Source of the DNA: an uncultured Gammaproteobacteria bacterium | GTDB taxonomy: Bacteria; Pseudomonadota; Gammaproteobacteria; GCA-001735895 | Assembly (NCBI GenBank): GCA_937984095.1 | Contig: CALJYH010000121.1 | Location: 1-55,679, forward strand | Direction of reading: 5' to 3' | DNA: 55,679 nt | Shown: positions 45,100 through 54,917 of the stretch, piece by piece | How the letters are laid out: every line of letters starts with the position of its first letter | Position numbering within the stretch: the first letter of the stretch is position 1 | Translations under genes and position numbers: made by a program | The notes under the pieces: generated by a model | What the model was told of the DNA's origin: nothing | Databases searched by the model: none | The model's input: only the letters and a program-made list of their open reading frames with translations

Positions 45100-45786
45100 A
45101 TGGCCAGATTACCGCGGTACGCGATTAAAAATCAGCCGCAGCATATAATTCAACAGGGACGAAACGGGCAACAAATCTTCTTTGAAGAACAAGATTACCA
45201 GTATTTCCACGATTGCCTCGAGGCTGCAGCATACAATTATCATCTCAAAATACATGCCTATGTGTTGATGCCTAATCACGTGCATCTGCTGGCAACACCG
45301 GGTAACACCGACAGTATCTCACGAACCATCCAGTCCATTGGTCGAAACTACGTCCAATACTTCAATGAGTGCATAGGTGGCAGTGGCACGATCTGGGAAG
45401 GGCGTTACCGGGCGACCGTCGTTGACAGCAAGAGCTATTTGCTGACCTGCAGTCGCTACATCGAGTCAAACCCGGTTCGAGGTGGACTGGTTAAAAAACC
45501 GGCGGATTATCGCTGGAGCAGCTACGCGCATAACGCGCTTGGGAAGGCCGAAGAGATGATCAGCGCGCACCAGGAGTACCTGAAACTGGGTAACAATGAT
45601 AAGGAACGGGTAAATGCCTACCGCGCCCTGTTCAAACAAAGCCTGTCCAGCCAAACCGTGCAGCTAATCACCGAAACCGCGCTTAAAGGTTGGGTACTGG
45701 GTGATAGCAAGTTTGCACGCAAAATCGAAAAGCTCAGCGGTCGACGCGCCTTCCAGCTGCCCAAGGGCCGTCCCCGGGGTACTTGA
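45100..45786 (+). CDS. REP-associated tyrosine transposase (RayT, IS200/IS605-like Y1)
   Basis: HUH motif in MPNHVHLLATP and catalytic Tyr context SRYIESNPVRGGLV. 228 aa. Confidence 0.8.
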   Translation: MARLPRYAIKNQPQHIIQQGRNGQQIFFEEQDYQYFHDCLEAAAYNYHLKIHAYVLMPNHVHLLATPGNTDSISRTIQSIGRNYVQYFNECIGGSGTIWEGRYRATVVDSKSYLLTCSRYIESNPVRGGLVKKPADYRWSSYAHNALGKAEEMISAHQEYLKLGNNDKERVNAYRALFKQSLSSQTVQLITETALKGWVLGDSKFARKIEKLSGRRAFQLPKGRPRGT

Positions 45787-45798
45787 CCGGCAGGCCCC

Positions 45799-46272
45799 AT
45801 GAACGACGCTGAGGACAAACGTGGACCCGGCCTGAAGTTTCCACCTCCTTTATTGGTGATTGCGATCATTGGTTTGGGCTATCTCGCAGACTGGATCAAA
45901 CCTCTGCCAATAACAAACGGGGATCTCCTGTGGTTGAGTGGCGTCGCGCTAATCGTGTTATCTGTGACGCTAGCTCTAATTGCTCTATTCCAATTCCTCG
46001 AAGCTAAAACCCACGTCGAACCCTGGCACCCCACCACAACAGTCATCGACAAAGGCGTTTTCCGCTATAGCCGCAATCCTATCTATGTTACTTTTTGTCT
46101 GGCGACGGTTGGCGGCGGCCTCGCCTTGAACAGCTGGTGGATAGTCATGGGTGTTCCCGCCCTGGGATACCTGTTGCAAAAGCTGGTGATTGAACGCGAA
46201 GAGGCTTATCTCGAAAATAAGTTCGGCAAGGTATATCTTGACTACAAACAGCGGGTCAGACGCTGGCTTTAA
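45799..46272 (+). CDS. isoprenylcysteine carboxyl methyltransferase (ICMT/PEMT) family membrane protein
   Basis: TM helices, GVFRYSRNPIYV and EREEAYLENKFG. Confidence 0.7.
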   Translation: MNDAEDKRGPGLKFPPPLLVIAIIGLGYLADWIKPLPITNGDLLWLSGVALIVLSVTLALIALFQFLEAKTHVEPWHPTTTVIDKGVFRYSRNPIYVTFCLATVGGGLALNSWWIVMGVPALGYLLQKLVIEREEAYLENKFGKVYLDYKQRVRRWL

Positions 46273-46706
46273 CGGCCGACAGCAATAAAGGTTGCCTGCA
46301 GAATAGCATGTGGACGATCCCCAACCTCAACTTCCAGTAATAGCTTCCCCTTACCAGAATCAAGCAAGCCTCGAGCGAAAGAATCGCGCTGTTGAGCACT
46401 GACGTGACACCTGCATTCCAGCGCTGCAGTGACCGGCGCACGATAGGAAATCTCGGCCTTTGCGACCACCAGGTCTCCATCCAGCTCGAGCTCATCCATC
46501 ACATGGGTACACAAAGCCCAGCCTGTCAGGATCGCAGCGGAGTAAATACTACCGGCAAAGCCGGTGCCGTGGACGTTGATATTGGGTTCAAGCGGCGCAC
46601 TGACCTGAATTTCGTCCTGGTTCAGAACCTTGATCGAAAATTGCATCGCTGCCGAGAGCGGTATCGCAGTGCGTATTTTTTGCTCCAATGCCTGTGCTGC
46701 TGTCAT
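46269..46706 (-). CDS. hotdog-fold thioesterase (YiiD C-terminal-like)
   Basis: HGTGFAGSIYSAAILTGWAL block. ATG 46706 is chosen, which gives a TAACATG junction with the upstream gene. Confidence 0.6.
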   Translation of the reverse strand: MTAAQALEQKIRTAIPLSAAMQFSIKVLNQDEIQVSAPLEPNINVHGTGFAGSIYSAAILTGWALCTHVMDELELDGDLVVAKAEISYRAPVTAALECRCHVSAQQRDSFARGLLDSGKGKLLLEVEVGDRPHAILQATFIAVGR

Positions 46707-46707
46707 G

Positions 46708-47643
46708 TTAATAACCCTGCCCACGATCAACCAGGTTTAACAACGACTCACCGTTTTGCAGGCGCCGATAGTTCTCGGCAATATCAATAATCGCATCGCC
46801 AAGATGGTAGCCCGAAACATGCGGGGTGAGCTGAACCTTTGGATGCAACCACAGCGGGTTATCAGCAGGCAGAGGTTCGACTGACATGACATCCAGCACT
46901 GCGCCCGTGAGTAATCCCGCGTCTAGGGACTCAATCAACTCGGTTTCGTTGACCAGGTCACCGCGCCCGACATTGATAAAGTATGCGCGCGGGTTAAATT
47001 GTTCGAAAAGTCGACGCCTGAACATGCCGAGCGTCTCCGGTGTTGACGGTAATACCGAGACCACGTAATCGGAAAATTCCAACGCCCGGTGTAAGCCATC
47101 AACATCAGCATAACAGGCGACTCCGGGGATTTCCTTTAGCCTGCGACTCCAGCCGAGCACCTTGAATCCATTCTGTACAAAACGTTCGGCAACCAGTAAA
47201 CCGATACGACCCAGACCAAGCACTGCCACCGTCGTATCGCCAGCCCGTCGCGGCGGGTAGGATATCCACTCCGAACTCGCTTGCTGCTGGTGATATTCAC
47301 GCATGTGGCGTTGCTGCTGTAACACGTAGGCCAGTGCGTATTCGGCCATCTCGGTACCCGAGGTATCGGTTCGCAGACGAGCAACCTGGATCGATTCAGG
47401 CAGGTCCGGATCGGCGAGAATATTATTTACCCCGGCGCCGGTTTTTTGAATCACTTTCAAATTCGGGTATTGCAGTGCTTCACGCGGAGAATAACTGCTC
47501 ACCGTCAGCATCTCGATTTCATCGAGGTTACCCGGATTATCACCGGTTCGAATATCTGCTTCCGGGGTGTAGCTCAACAATTCTGTGCGCAGGTCATCGT
47601 CCTCCAGCCAGTCCGGGTGCTTGATGTCAATCAACAGTGCCAT
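46708..47643 (-). CDS. D-isomer-specific 2-hydroxyacid dehydrogenase (GhrA-like)
   Basis: NAD fold VAVLGLGRIGLLVAERF, NVGRGDLV and TPHVSG. Confidence 0.85.
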   Translation of the reverse strand: MALLIDIKHPDWLEDDDLRTELLSYTPEADIRTGDNPGNLDEIEMLTVSSYSPREALQYPNLKVIQKTGAGVNNILADPDLPESIQVARLRTDTSGTEMAEYALAYVLQQQRHMREYHQQQASSEWISYPPRRAGDTTVAVLGLGRIGLLVAERFVQNGFKVLGWSRRLKEIPGVACYADVDGLHRALEFSDYVVSVLPSTPETLGMFRRRLFEQFNPRAYFINVGRGDLVNETELIESLDAGLLTGAVLDVMSVEPLPADNPLWLHPKVQLTPHVSGYHLGDAIIDIAENYRRLQNGESLLNLVDRGQGY

Positions 47644-47776
47644 TAATCCCTCGATATTAGTTCACGAACCTGCCGTGGCCAGGCCGGTAACCTGCACCGA
47701 TTATGCCATCTAATTAGCCCCGAAAGACATGCGGGACCTTAATTTTTCGGTTAATCTCCAGCTCGAGATAATCGAC

Positions 47777-48004
47777 ATGCTGCATTTCATCATTATCGCG
47801 CTGTTTGTCCTGCTATTGCTGAGCGTGGTTTGCTGGCTGCTTGTTTACCGGCAATTCGACCCAAAGAGTATGAAAGCGCACCCATGGTACAAACTTCATC
47901 AGGTATTGGTTGCCCTGATCGCTTTTATGATCATATTGCTCACAATGCTGATTGTGTTGTCGAGCGATCCGGGTGATCCCGAGAACTATCTATTCTGGCC
48001 CTGA
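47777..48004 (+). CDS. small hypothetical membrane protein
   Basis: Two hydrophobic helices (MLHFIIIALFVLLLLSVVCWLLV; VLVALIAFMIILLTMLIVL). No family recognised. Confidence 0.35.
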   Translation: MLHFIIIALFVLLLLSVVCWLLVYRQFDPKSMKAHPWYKLHQVLVALIAFMIILLTMLIVLSSDPGDPENYLFWP

Positions 48005-48019
48005 TATCAGTCGGATCGA

Positions 48020-48637
48020 TTAAATTACGATATCCAGACTGGCCTGCGGCAGCTGCCCCATGGCACTGAAATTCATGGTCACCAGTTCGCGCTTATTTTT
48101 TGGAACACGTTGGTAGAGCCAGTCGCTTTCATTGCCAGGGTGATCAGGTAGATAAAATTGAGTGGTCAGGCGTTCCTGGTTGGCTACCAAAACCTTGACG
48201 TGAATGTGCGGCGTGCGCCCCGAATAAGGAACGGGCTTAATCGTACGAAACCAGTAGCGACCATCAGCGCCGGTCGTGTCATGACCAAAACCCTGAAACG
48301 CCTTGTCGCGTGAACTTCCGCCAGAATCGCCGCGATGCAGGTATCGCCCTTTAACATCGCATTGCCAGATTTCGACACGTGCCCCCGTGACGGGATTGCC
48401 ATTACGATCCAGTACCCGCCCGCTGAGTTCAACGACTTCTCCCCCAGCCTGCTCGACTACACCCGCAATTCTAACGAGATCATTATCAACATCGGCAAAA
48501 CGCATTCCCTTGGTCGGATAAAACGGACCTTCGCTTCCAGGTGGGGTCGGCATCGCGGTTGCAGTCCATCCCGAAACCGGCAGCGCAAGCAGGCCAAAAA
48601 ACAGTTCACGGCGTCTTCGATTGACTGGATCATTCAT
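48020..48637 (-). CDS. intradiol ring-cleavage dioxygenase family protein with Tat signal
   Basis: NRRRRELFFGLLALPVSG signal, and a dioxygenase core with RVEIWQCD, GRYWFRTIKP and RTPHIHVKV. Confidence 0.75.
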   Translation of the reverse strand: MNDPVNRRRRELFFGLLALPVSGWTATAMPTPPGSEGPFYPTKGMRFADVDNDLVRIAGVVEQAGGEVVELSGRVLDRNGNPVTGARVEIWQCDVKGRYLHRGDSGGSSRDKAFQGFGHDTTGADGRYWFRTIKPVPYSGRTPHIHVKVLVANQERLTTQFYLPDHPGNESDWLYQRVPKNKRELVTMNFSAMGQLPQASLDIVI

Positions 48638-48827
48638 TTCACTGCCCCTGGAATTAGCGGATCGGCTTAGTGTATCGCAAATTTAAAAATGATCGAAGAC
48701 TAAGGCTCACTTGCGACTTTGTCGATGGTTGTGAATTACTGGACAGATCCCGATTCAGGCGACATCAGGGTGTTGCCAAGCGATAGGATTATGCGACAAT
48801 AGTTCTTTTGTCTTACAAATTAATGTT

Positions 48828-50282
48828 ATGAGCAATACTGATCTTTTGGCTAGTCTGCAGGCCAGCTTTATCGGGCGTGACACCGAGTATCCCACCGTCG
48901 ATGGCAAGCGCGGGCCGCGGATTTACCTGGATTCAGCGGCATCCACGTTAATGATGGCACCCGCTTACGAGGTCGGCCATGAATTCCTGGTGCATTATGC
49001 CAGTACCCACTCGGATCTGCATTACGCGGCACGCGGCGCCTCGCACGCCTTCGAATGGGCGCATGAATGCGTACTCGAATTTGTCGATGCCGATCCCGAC
49101 CAGTACTGCGCCTTCTTCGCCGGCAGCGGTGCGACTGCAGGCTTCAACCGCATGGCAGCCAGCCTTTCCTGCGCACGTCCTGAACGTGAGATCGTACTGG
49201 TATCGGAGATGGAGCATCATTCCAACGATCTGCCGCACCGGCACCATTGTTCGCATGTGGTCCACGTTCCCTGCCTCGGAGAATTTGAACGCTATGGCGG
49301 TCTCGACATGGATCGGTTGCGCGAGATTTTTGACGAACATGGTGAAAAGATTAACTACATTGCAGTCACCGGCGCGAGTAATGTTTCGGGCGCTATTACC
49401 CCGCTTGCTGAAGTGGCCAAACTCGCCCATGCCGTAGGCGCTTACCTGCTGGTTGATGCCTCACAAATGATCGCGCATGCACCGGTCAGCATGAATGACG
49501 CTGATATTGACGTGTTGGTGTTTTCCGGGCACAAGATTTACGCCCCCGGTTCACCCGGAGCGGTGATTGCGAAGAAAAGTGTGCTTAATGAGATTAAGCC
49601 CGCCGAACTTGGTGGTGGCATGGTCGACGATGTCTATATCGCGGAATACATGCCAACGGCAACCCTGCCCGACCGGGAAGAGGCCGGCACACCGAATATC
49701 GTCGGTGCAATTACTCTCGGTGCAGTCCTCGACCTGTTGACCAAAGTCGGCATGGACAAGGTACGCGAAAAAGAAATCGGCCTGATCGATTTCGCCTGGA
49801 ACGGCTTAAAGGAGATTGAAGGCGTTTCGGTTTACGGTCCGAATCCTGAGGACGTCCCAAGGACCGGCACGATCGCCTTCAATATCAAGGGTTTCGATCA
49901 TGGCCTGACCGCTGCTGCCTTGAACGATTATTACAATATCCAGGTGCGCAACGGCTGTTTCTGCGCACATCCTTACGTGCGCGAGTTGTTAAAAAAGGAA
50001 ATGTGGGACATGGATATCGACCCCGATGCACCCAATGCCGAGGCCGATGTCGAACGCAAACGCGGCATGGCCCGTGCCAGCCTGGGACTTTACACCACCC
50101 ACGCCGATCTGGAAGCCCTGCTGGTCGCGGTGCGTGATCTCGCCAGTCGACGCGATGAAATCCTGTCGCTATACGAGCCGATGGGATCGAACGGTTACCG
50201 CCATACGCAATTCGAACCCGCGGCGCTCGATATATTCGACCCCGAACGCTCGCTACAGAGTTACCTGGCGCAACCCGCTTAA
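48828..50282 (+). CDS. class V aminotransferase-fold PLP enzyme (desulfurase/lyase-like)
   Basis: LDSAAST and PLP Lys in FSGHKIYAP. 484 aa. Confidence 0.8.
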   Translation: MSNTDLLASLQASFIGRDTEYPTVDGKRGPRIYLDSAASTLMMAPAYEVGHEFLVHYASTHSDLHYAARGASHAFEWAHECVLEFVDADPDQYCAFFAGSGATAGFNRMAASLSCARPEREIVLVSEMEHHSNDLPHRHHCSHVVHVPCLGEFERYGGLDMDRLREIFDEHGEKINYIAVTGASNVSGAITPLAEVAKLAHAVGAYLLVDASQMIAHAPVSMNDADIDVLVFSGHKIYAPGSPGAVIAKKSVLNEIKPAELGGGMVDDVYIAEYMPTATLPDREEAGTPNIVGAITLGAVLDLLTKVGMDKVREKEIGLIDFAWNGLKEIEGVSVYGPNPEDVPRTGTIAFNIKGFDHGLTAAALNDYYNIQVRNGCFCAHPYVRELLKKEMWDMDIDPDAPNAEADVERKRGMARASLGLYTTHADLEALLVAVRDLASRRDEILSLYEPMGSNGYRHTQFEPAALDIFDPERSLQSYLAQPA

Positions 50283-50323
50283 TATACGGCCGGATAAACG
50301 ATTTCGATACGTCGGAACGCTGT

Positions 50324-51181
50324 TTACTGGGCCTGCTGGTCGAAAAACGATGCCGTCCTTGGCAATTGAGGTGACGGTATATTGAATGCACAACTGCGGA
50401 TATGGTTGGTCTTCACGCCACGCACGATCTCGCCCTGGTGTTGGCTCGGAACCGGATTGGGAGTACAGGGCACCGCATCCTCAGCCGAGTAGACCGCGAT
50501 GAAAAGGGTTCGTGGCCTGGTCGACAGGTTCGGAGACGAGCCGTGTAACAGGCGGGTGTGCATAAGGCATACCGATCCGGCCTTGCCGGTGCAGGTCACC
50601 GCGTTGTCGAGACACTGACGGGTCACTGCATCATCGACCGCACCGGTAAAAATCCCGTCATGCCATAGATCGTAGATTTCGCCGCGATGCGATTCCGGCA
50701 ACACCTGCAACGGACCATTCTCTTCGGTCACTTCATCCACCATGAGTAGCGCGGTTACCAGGTCATCGTTGCTATGCGGCGTAAACGGAAAATCCTGATG
50801 CCATTTGACTGCCGTCGCCGCTCCCGGCAGCTTGGAATTGATCTTGCTATGGTGGAATTTCAGGTTGGGTCCGATCAGGTCGGCAACACAGTCGGTCATC
50901 AGGCTGTCACGCATCACCTGGTAGTAATCATTCGATATCTCGGTAGGCGCATTGACACGACGCAGCATGGGTCTGTCGGCGCTATGGCCGGACTCGAGAT
51001 CGAAACGGGCACGACCATCGAGAGTTTCACCATAGGCCACCTGGTGCGATTTGCTTTCCTCGACCCAGGCGGCGAATTGCTCGCGCAGTGCTGCAAGTTG
51101 TTCAACGCTAACCGCATCTTCAACCAGCAGATAGCCCTGTTCGTCAAAAAACTGTCTCTGCTCGTAATTTAGAGTTGCCAT
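50324..51181 (-). CDS. PhyH-family Fe(II)/2-oxoglutarate oxygenase (paralogue of 30178-31032)
   Basis: VKWHQDF, PHSNDD, FTGAVDD, CLMHTRLLHGSSPN, RPRTL. Start taken at ATG 51181 (MATLNYEQRQFFDEQGY), matching the paralogue's N-terminus. Confidence 0.8.
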   Translation of the reverse strand: MATLNYEQRQFFDEQGYLLVEDAVSVEQLAALREQFAAWVEESKSHQVAYGETLDGRARFDLESGHSADRPMLRRVNAPTEISNDYYQVMRDSLMTDCVADLIGPNLKFHHSKINSKLPGAATAVKWHQDFPFTPHSNDDLVTALLMVDEVTEENGPLQVLPESHRGEIYDLWHDGIFTGAVDDAVTRQCLDNAVTCTGKAGSVCLMHTRLLHGSSPNLSTRPRTLFIAVYSAEDAVPCTPNPVPSQHQGEIVRGVKTNHIRSCAFNIPSPQLPRTASFFDQQAQ

Positions 51182-51332
51182 CACCAGCACCTTAAAATCA
51201 GGAATATAACGGAAACCCGTGGTTGAAACCAATTCGCTCTTCAGGCTACCGATATTGAAATCTTGAAGTAAAGCCTGATTGACATCACATCGCATCCACC
51301 TTACTAATGTCGTTTCGACGGGGGACAATGAG

Positions 51333-52535
51333 ATGACATTAAAATCGACAAAAGACAAAGGCATTCAGACGCTTTCGATTCACGCTGGCGAAAAACCTGA
51401 TCCGACCACCGGGGCTTCAGCGCCGAGCCTGGTGATGTCGAGCACCTTCGTGGTCGACGAGGAAATCAGCTTTTCAGCCAACAACCTGACTGCGGAAACC
51501 CCGTTTGTTTACACGCGTTGGGATAACCCTACCACGCAGCAACTCGAGCAAAAACTCGCGGTACTGGAACAGGCAGAGGCGTGTATCGCATTTGCGTCGG
51601 GCATGGCCGCCAGCACCTCGGTTATGCTTGCGCACCTAAGCCAGGGTGATCACCTCATCATTAGCAACACCAACTACCCCGGCACCGCCGAATTTGCACG
51701 CGACACGCTGACGCGTCTCGGGATCGAGGTCACCCCGGTAGACACTTCGGAGCTCGCGAATGTCAGTGCCGCGATGCGCGACAATACGCGCATGATCTGG
51801 CTTGAAACGCCATCCAACCCGCTGCTGCGTATTTCGGATATCAAGGGCGCTGCCGACATCGCGCAAGCGCAAAACGCACTGCTGGTGGTCGATTCCACTT
51901 TTGCGTCACCGATAGCGACACGCCCGCTTTCCCTCGGTGCTGACCTGGTGATCCATTCGCTGACCAAGTACATCGGCGGGCATGGTGATGCCATGGGCGG
52001 ATCGGTTTGCGGCAGCCAGGCCTTGATCGGGCCATTACGCGGTGAGGCACTGGTACATTACGGGGGCGTCATCAGCCCGTTCAACGCCTGGTTGATCATG
52101 CGCGGCATGGCGACCCTGCCGCTACGCATGCGCTGCCACGAAGAAAACGCGCTTGCGATAGCCCGATTTCTAGAAACCCATGAGCAAGTTGAAAAAGTGT
52201 TATATCCCGGCCTCGAATCGCACCCGCAACATGCGCTTGCCAAATCTCAAATGGATAACTTCTCTGGCATGATCAGCTTTCGCACCGCGAATGCCACCGG
52301 GATTGCCGAGCGCATGATGCAAAAACTCGAAGTCATTCATTACGCGGTCTCGCTCGGTCACCATCGAAGCCTGGTTTACCTGATGCAAACCGCGGACCTG
52401 ATCGGTTCATCTTATCGCCTCGAAAACGAGGAGCTCGAAAAGTATCGCGACGTGGCGGGCGAAGGCGTGTTTCGTCTTTCGGTAGGCCTCGAAGATGCCA
52501 GTGATTTGATCAGGGACCTCGAGATGGTTCTGTGA
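51333..52535 (+). CDS. Cys/Met-metabolism PLP enzyme (cystathionine gamma-synthase / methionine gamma-lyase family)
   Basis: IHAGEKPDPTTGA, YTRWDNPT and PLP Lys in SLTKYIGGHGD. Start at ATG 51333. Confidence 0.85.
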   Translation: MTLKSTKDKGIQTLSIHAGEKPDPTTGASAPSLVMSSTFVVDEEISFSANNLTAETPFVYTRWDNPTTQQLEQKLAVLEQAEACIAFASGMAASTSVMLAHLSQGDHLIISNTNYPGTAEFARDTLTRLGIEVTPVDTSELANVSAAMRDNTRMIWLETPSNPLLRISDIKGAADIAQAQNALLVVDSTFASPIATRPLSLGADLVIHSLTKYIGGHGDAMGGSVCGSQALIGPLRGEALVHYGGVISPFNAWLIMRGMATLPLRMRCHEENALAIARFLETHEQVEKVLYPGLESHPQHALAKSQMDNFSGMISFRTANATGIAERMMQKLEVIHYAVSLGHHRSLVYLMQTADLIGSSYRLENEELEKYRDVAGEGVFRLSVGLEDASDLIRDLEMVL

Positions 52536-52608
52536 TCACGGAGGGTAACGCGGATATCAGCTCCAAAGCCGAGCAGTCAATCGGCGAAGTCGCCGAATTT
52601 ATCAATAC

Positions 52609-53499
52609 TCATTGTTGAGCCGCGATATCCCGATTGACTCGGTAGTAGCCGGCACCCTTGTGTTTGACATGCTGACCGGTATAGGCGTGCAATGCCGGCA
52701 AGGCGTGAAACGGCACTGACGCGAGGTAATGATGCTCGGCGTGATACGGCATGTTCCAGGCAAGGAAATTGAGCCACGGCGTGGTATAAGTAGTGCGTGA
52801 ATTTTCGAGCATGTTGTCGCTGAAGTCGCAACCGCTGTGCTCGGCCAGCAGGTAGAGTCGCAGCATGGGCTGACCTACCAGCGCCGGTAAAATCCAGTAC
52901 CACCACAATGCACCGCTGGACCAGAGCACGCTGAATAACAGCAATAGCGCGTAACCGGCGAGGTGTATGCGGGCTTCTTTAATAATCGTTTTGTGATGGC
53001 GCTGTTCGATGTAGCTTTCATCGACTGTACCCGCTGCATGTCGCCAGATCGAGACCAGGCTTTGCCACCAGGTCGGTAAGCCGGTGAGATAAAGCCAGTA
53101 GTGCCTGTGCAGCAGCGGTTTCATGTCAAGCAACTCTGGATCCAGTTCGGGGTTTTGCGTATGTCGATGGTGCGCATAGTGGAAAGCGCGAAAATTCTGG
53201 AACGGCAGCAACAACAGGAATCCGGTGACAGCGGCGACCAGGTTATTGAGCCAGCGGGTTTTAAACACGGTGAAGTGCAGCGTTTCGTGCAAAGGCGCGA
53301 ACAGGAAGATCAGCAACGCGCTGTAAAATGGCAACGTGAAGATTAACCAGACGCTATCGCGGGTCAGGTGCAATCCTATCCCGGCGAACAATAGCGTTGC
53401 CAGGTGCGCAGCTAGCTGCAGTAGACCCCTGGCATCCGAACGCTGTGTCAGGCGCTGCAATACCTCGGGTGGCAGTTTATAAGTCTCGCTTTTACTCAT
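52609..53499 (-). CDS. membrane fatty-acid desaturase family protein
   Basis: Three His boxes (HETLH, HYAHHRH, HAEHH) with TM helices between them. Confidence 0.8.
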   Translation of the reverse strand: MSKSETYKLPPEVLQRLTQRSDARGLLQLAAHLATLLFAGIGLHLTRDSVWLIFTLPFYSALLIFLFAPLHETLHFTVFKTRWLNNLVAAVTGFLLLLPFQNFRAFHYAHHRHTQNPELDPELLDMKPLLHRHYWLYLTGLPTWWQSLVSIWRHAAGTVDESYIEQRHHKTIIKEARIHLAGYALLLLFSVLWSSGALWWYWILPALVGQPMLRLYLLAEHSGCDFSDNMLENSRTTYTTPWLNFLAWNMPYHAEHHYLASVPFHALPALHAYTGQHVKHKGAGYYRVNRDIAAQQ

Positions 53500-54026
53500 G
53501 CCAGTGGGTAAGTTTCGATGACACGGTATTGTACGCCATCGTCGATTTGACGAACCTCGATAAGCGCAAAATTCTCGACTGCCCAGGGTATAGACTCGAA
53601 GCTTTCAGGCTCGGGTACTCGATCAATCTTGCGCGCCATCGTAACATGCGGATTGTAACGCCGTGCCTCGGGCCGGTAGTCGCACAGTTGCAAGCGCTGT
53701 CCCAGTTGCTGGTGCAGTTCTCGTAAGGCTGTCGGCATTTCACTGCACCCCAGCCACGCAACCCGGGGCTTTTTAAAATATCCCTGGCAGTCAATATTGA
53801 ATTCGAACGCTGCGGCCTTTACCAGCCTGGCCTGCTGCTGCAGACACTCCATTTGATCGAAATATACGTTGCCGATGAAGTGCAGGGTAAGGTGCAGATT
53901 GTATTGTGGTACCCGCCTCGCTGGGCGCTCGACGGGGATCGCTTTACTGGCGCGATGCAAACTGTTGCGTAAGGCATCGTTCGGCCACAGCGCAAAGAAA
54001 ATTCGAATATCTTTCTTTTCTCGCAC
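53496..54026 (-). CDS. thpR: RNA 2',3'-cyclic phosphodiesterase (2H phosphoesterase, ThpR/LigT)
   Basis: Two HxT motifs, HLTLHF and HVTMAR. GTG start sharing one base with the upstream stop. Confidence 0.8.
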   Translation of the reverse strand: MREKKDIRIFFALWPNDALRNSLHRASKAIPVERPARRVPQYNLHLTLHFIGNVYFDQMECLQQQARLVKAAAFEFNIDCQGYFKKPRVAWLGCSEMPTALRELHQQLGQRLQLCDYRPEARRYNPHVTMARKIDRVPEPESFESIPWAVENFALIEVRQIDDGVQYRVIETYPLA

Positions 54027-54466
54027 TATTTCGAAACGGGCACGTCCGGTACCCAGATATAGCCATCGTCATCGATGATATGCGCTTCGCGCAGGCCATG
54101 ATCGGCTTGATCACGCGGACCATCGAGCACCCTGAATCCATGCTCCAGTGCACGCGCTGCCGCCGCATCGGGGTCACAGTCGTGCAATCGTAACTCCACG
54201 CCGGCGCCACGCCGGGTCTCATTTTGGGTATCGGTCAGCAGAGGATGTTTATCGTAGGTATGATCGGCATGCACCATCCAGTTGCTACCGTAGCCGCGCA
54301 GGATCAATAAATCCTCGTCCTGGTGCAAAATTTCCGCCTGCAGAACCTCACGCTGAAAAACCAGCGCACGCGGCAAATTGTCAGACAGGACATTGATGGT
54401 AAAGCCAGACAAGGACTGGCCGTAATCGGGGGCCGCCATAAACGGCGTGGTGCTGCTTTTTTTCAT
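54026..54466 (-). CDS. VOC (glyoxalase/bleomycin-resistance fold) family protein
   Basis: 146 aa with a paired beta-alpha-beta-beta-beta-like pattern and a C-terminal HIIDDDGYIW. Family call is by eye. Confidence 0.55.
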   Translation of the reverse strand: MKKSSTTPFMAAPDYGQSLSGFTINVLSDNLPRALVFQREVLQAEILHQDEDLLILRGYGSNWMVHADHTYDKHPLLTDTQNETRRGAGVELRLHDCDPDAAAARALEHGFRVLDGPRDQADHGLREAHIIDDDGYIWVPDVPVSK

Positions 54467-54840
54467 TGGTAGTTGAGTGTTCCCGCGGGATCTTTAAAGT
54501 AAAAATCGAGGGCGATATCGTCAATTTTTACGGTGATTTGCAGCGCATCGGATATATGCAGGTGATAGTACCGTTTCACCAGGTCCAGGCATTCACGCCC
54601 AATCGCCTGCTTAACCTCGGCACTACGCCCCTTGACGAACTCGATATCGAGATGAATAAATGCATTGTCCGGATCACCAGCACCGATGTAGCAATGTTGA
54701 GCCGCGCGCGTCCGGCTCTTGCAGTTATCGAGCTTGATACCGCCGATCCGATTCAGCGCCTGGTGAATGTCGTCAAACAGTGCCCGGAAATCCGGCAGTT
54801 CGGGCAGGTTGTCAGAATATTCGAGTACGATATGCGGCAT
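54463..54840 (-). CDS. 5-carboxymethyl-2-hydroxymuconate isomerase family protein
   Basis: N-terminal MPHIVLEYSDNL and a 125-aa length typical of CHMI-type tautomerases. Confidence 0.8.
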   Translation of the reverse strand: MPHIVLEYSDNLPELPDFRALFDDIHQALNRIGGIKLDNCKSRTRAAQHCYIGAGDPDNAFIHLDIEFVKGRSAEVKQAIGRECLDLVKRYYHLHISDALQITVKIDDIALDFYFKDPAGTLNYQ

Positions 54841-54917
54841 GACTTATAAACTCTTTGAACTGACGGATATATTAAGCGCTGCCCTGTCGCAGATCACCTA
54901 TTTTTTCACGTGTATTT

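Noticed and set aside
51182-51364. Extensions of the divergent PhyH (to 51364) and PLP (from 51279) ORFs, which would overlap each other
   Set aside because: The paralogue at 30178-31032 aligns from MATLNY (51181). The PLP enzyme family begins near MTLKSTKDKGIQTLSIHAGE (51333). The extensions would leave no promoter region.
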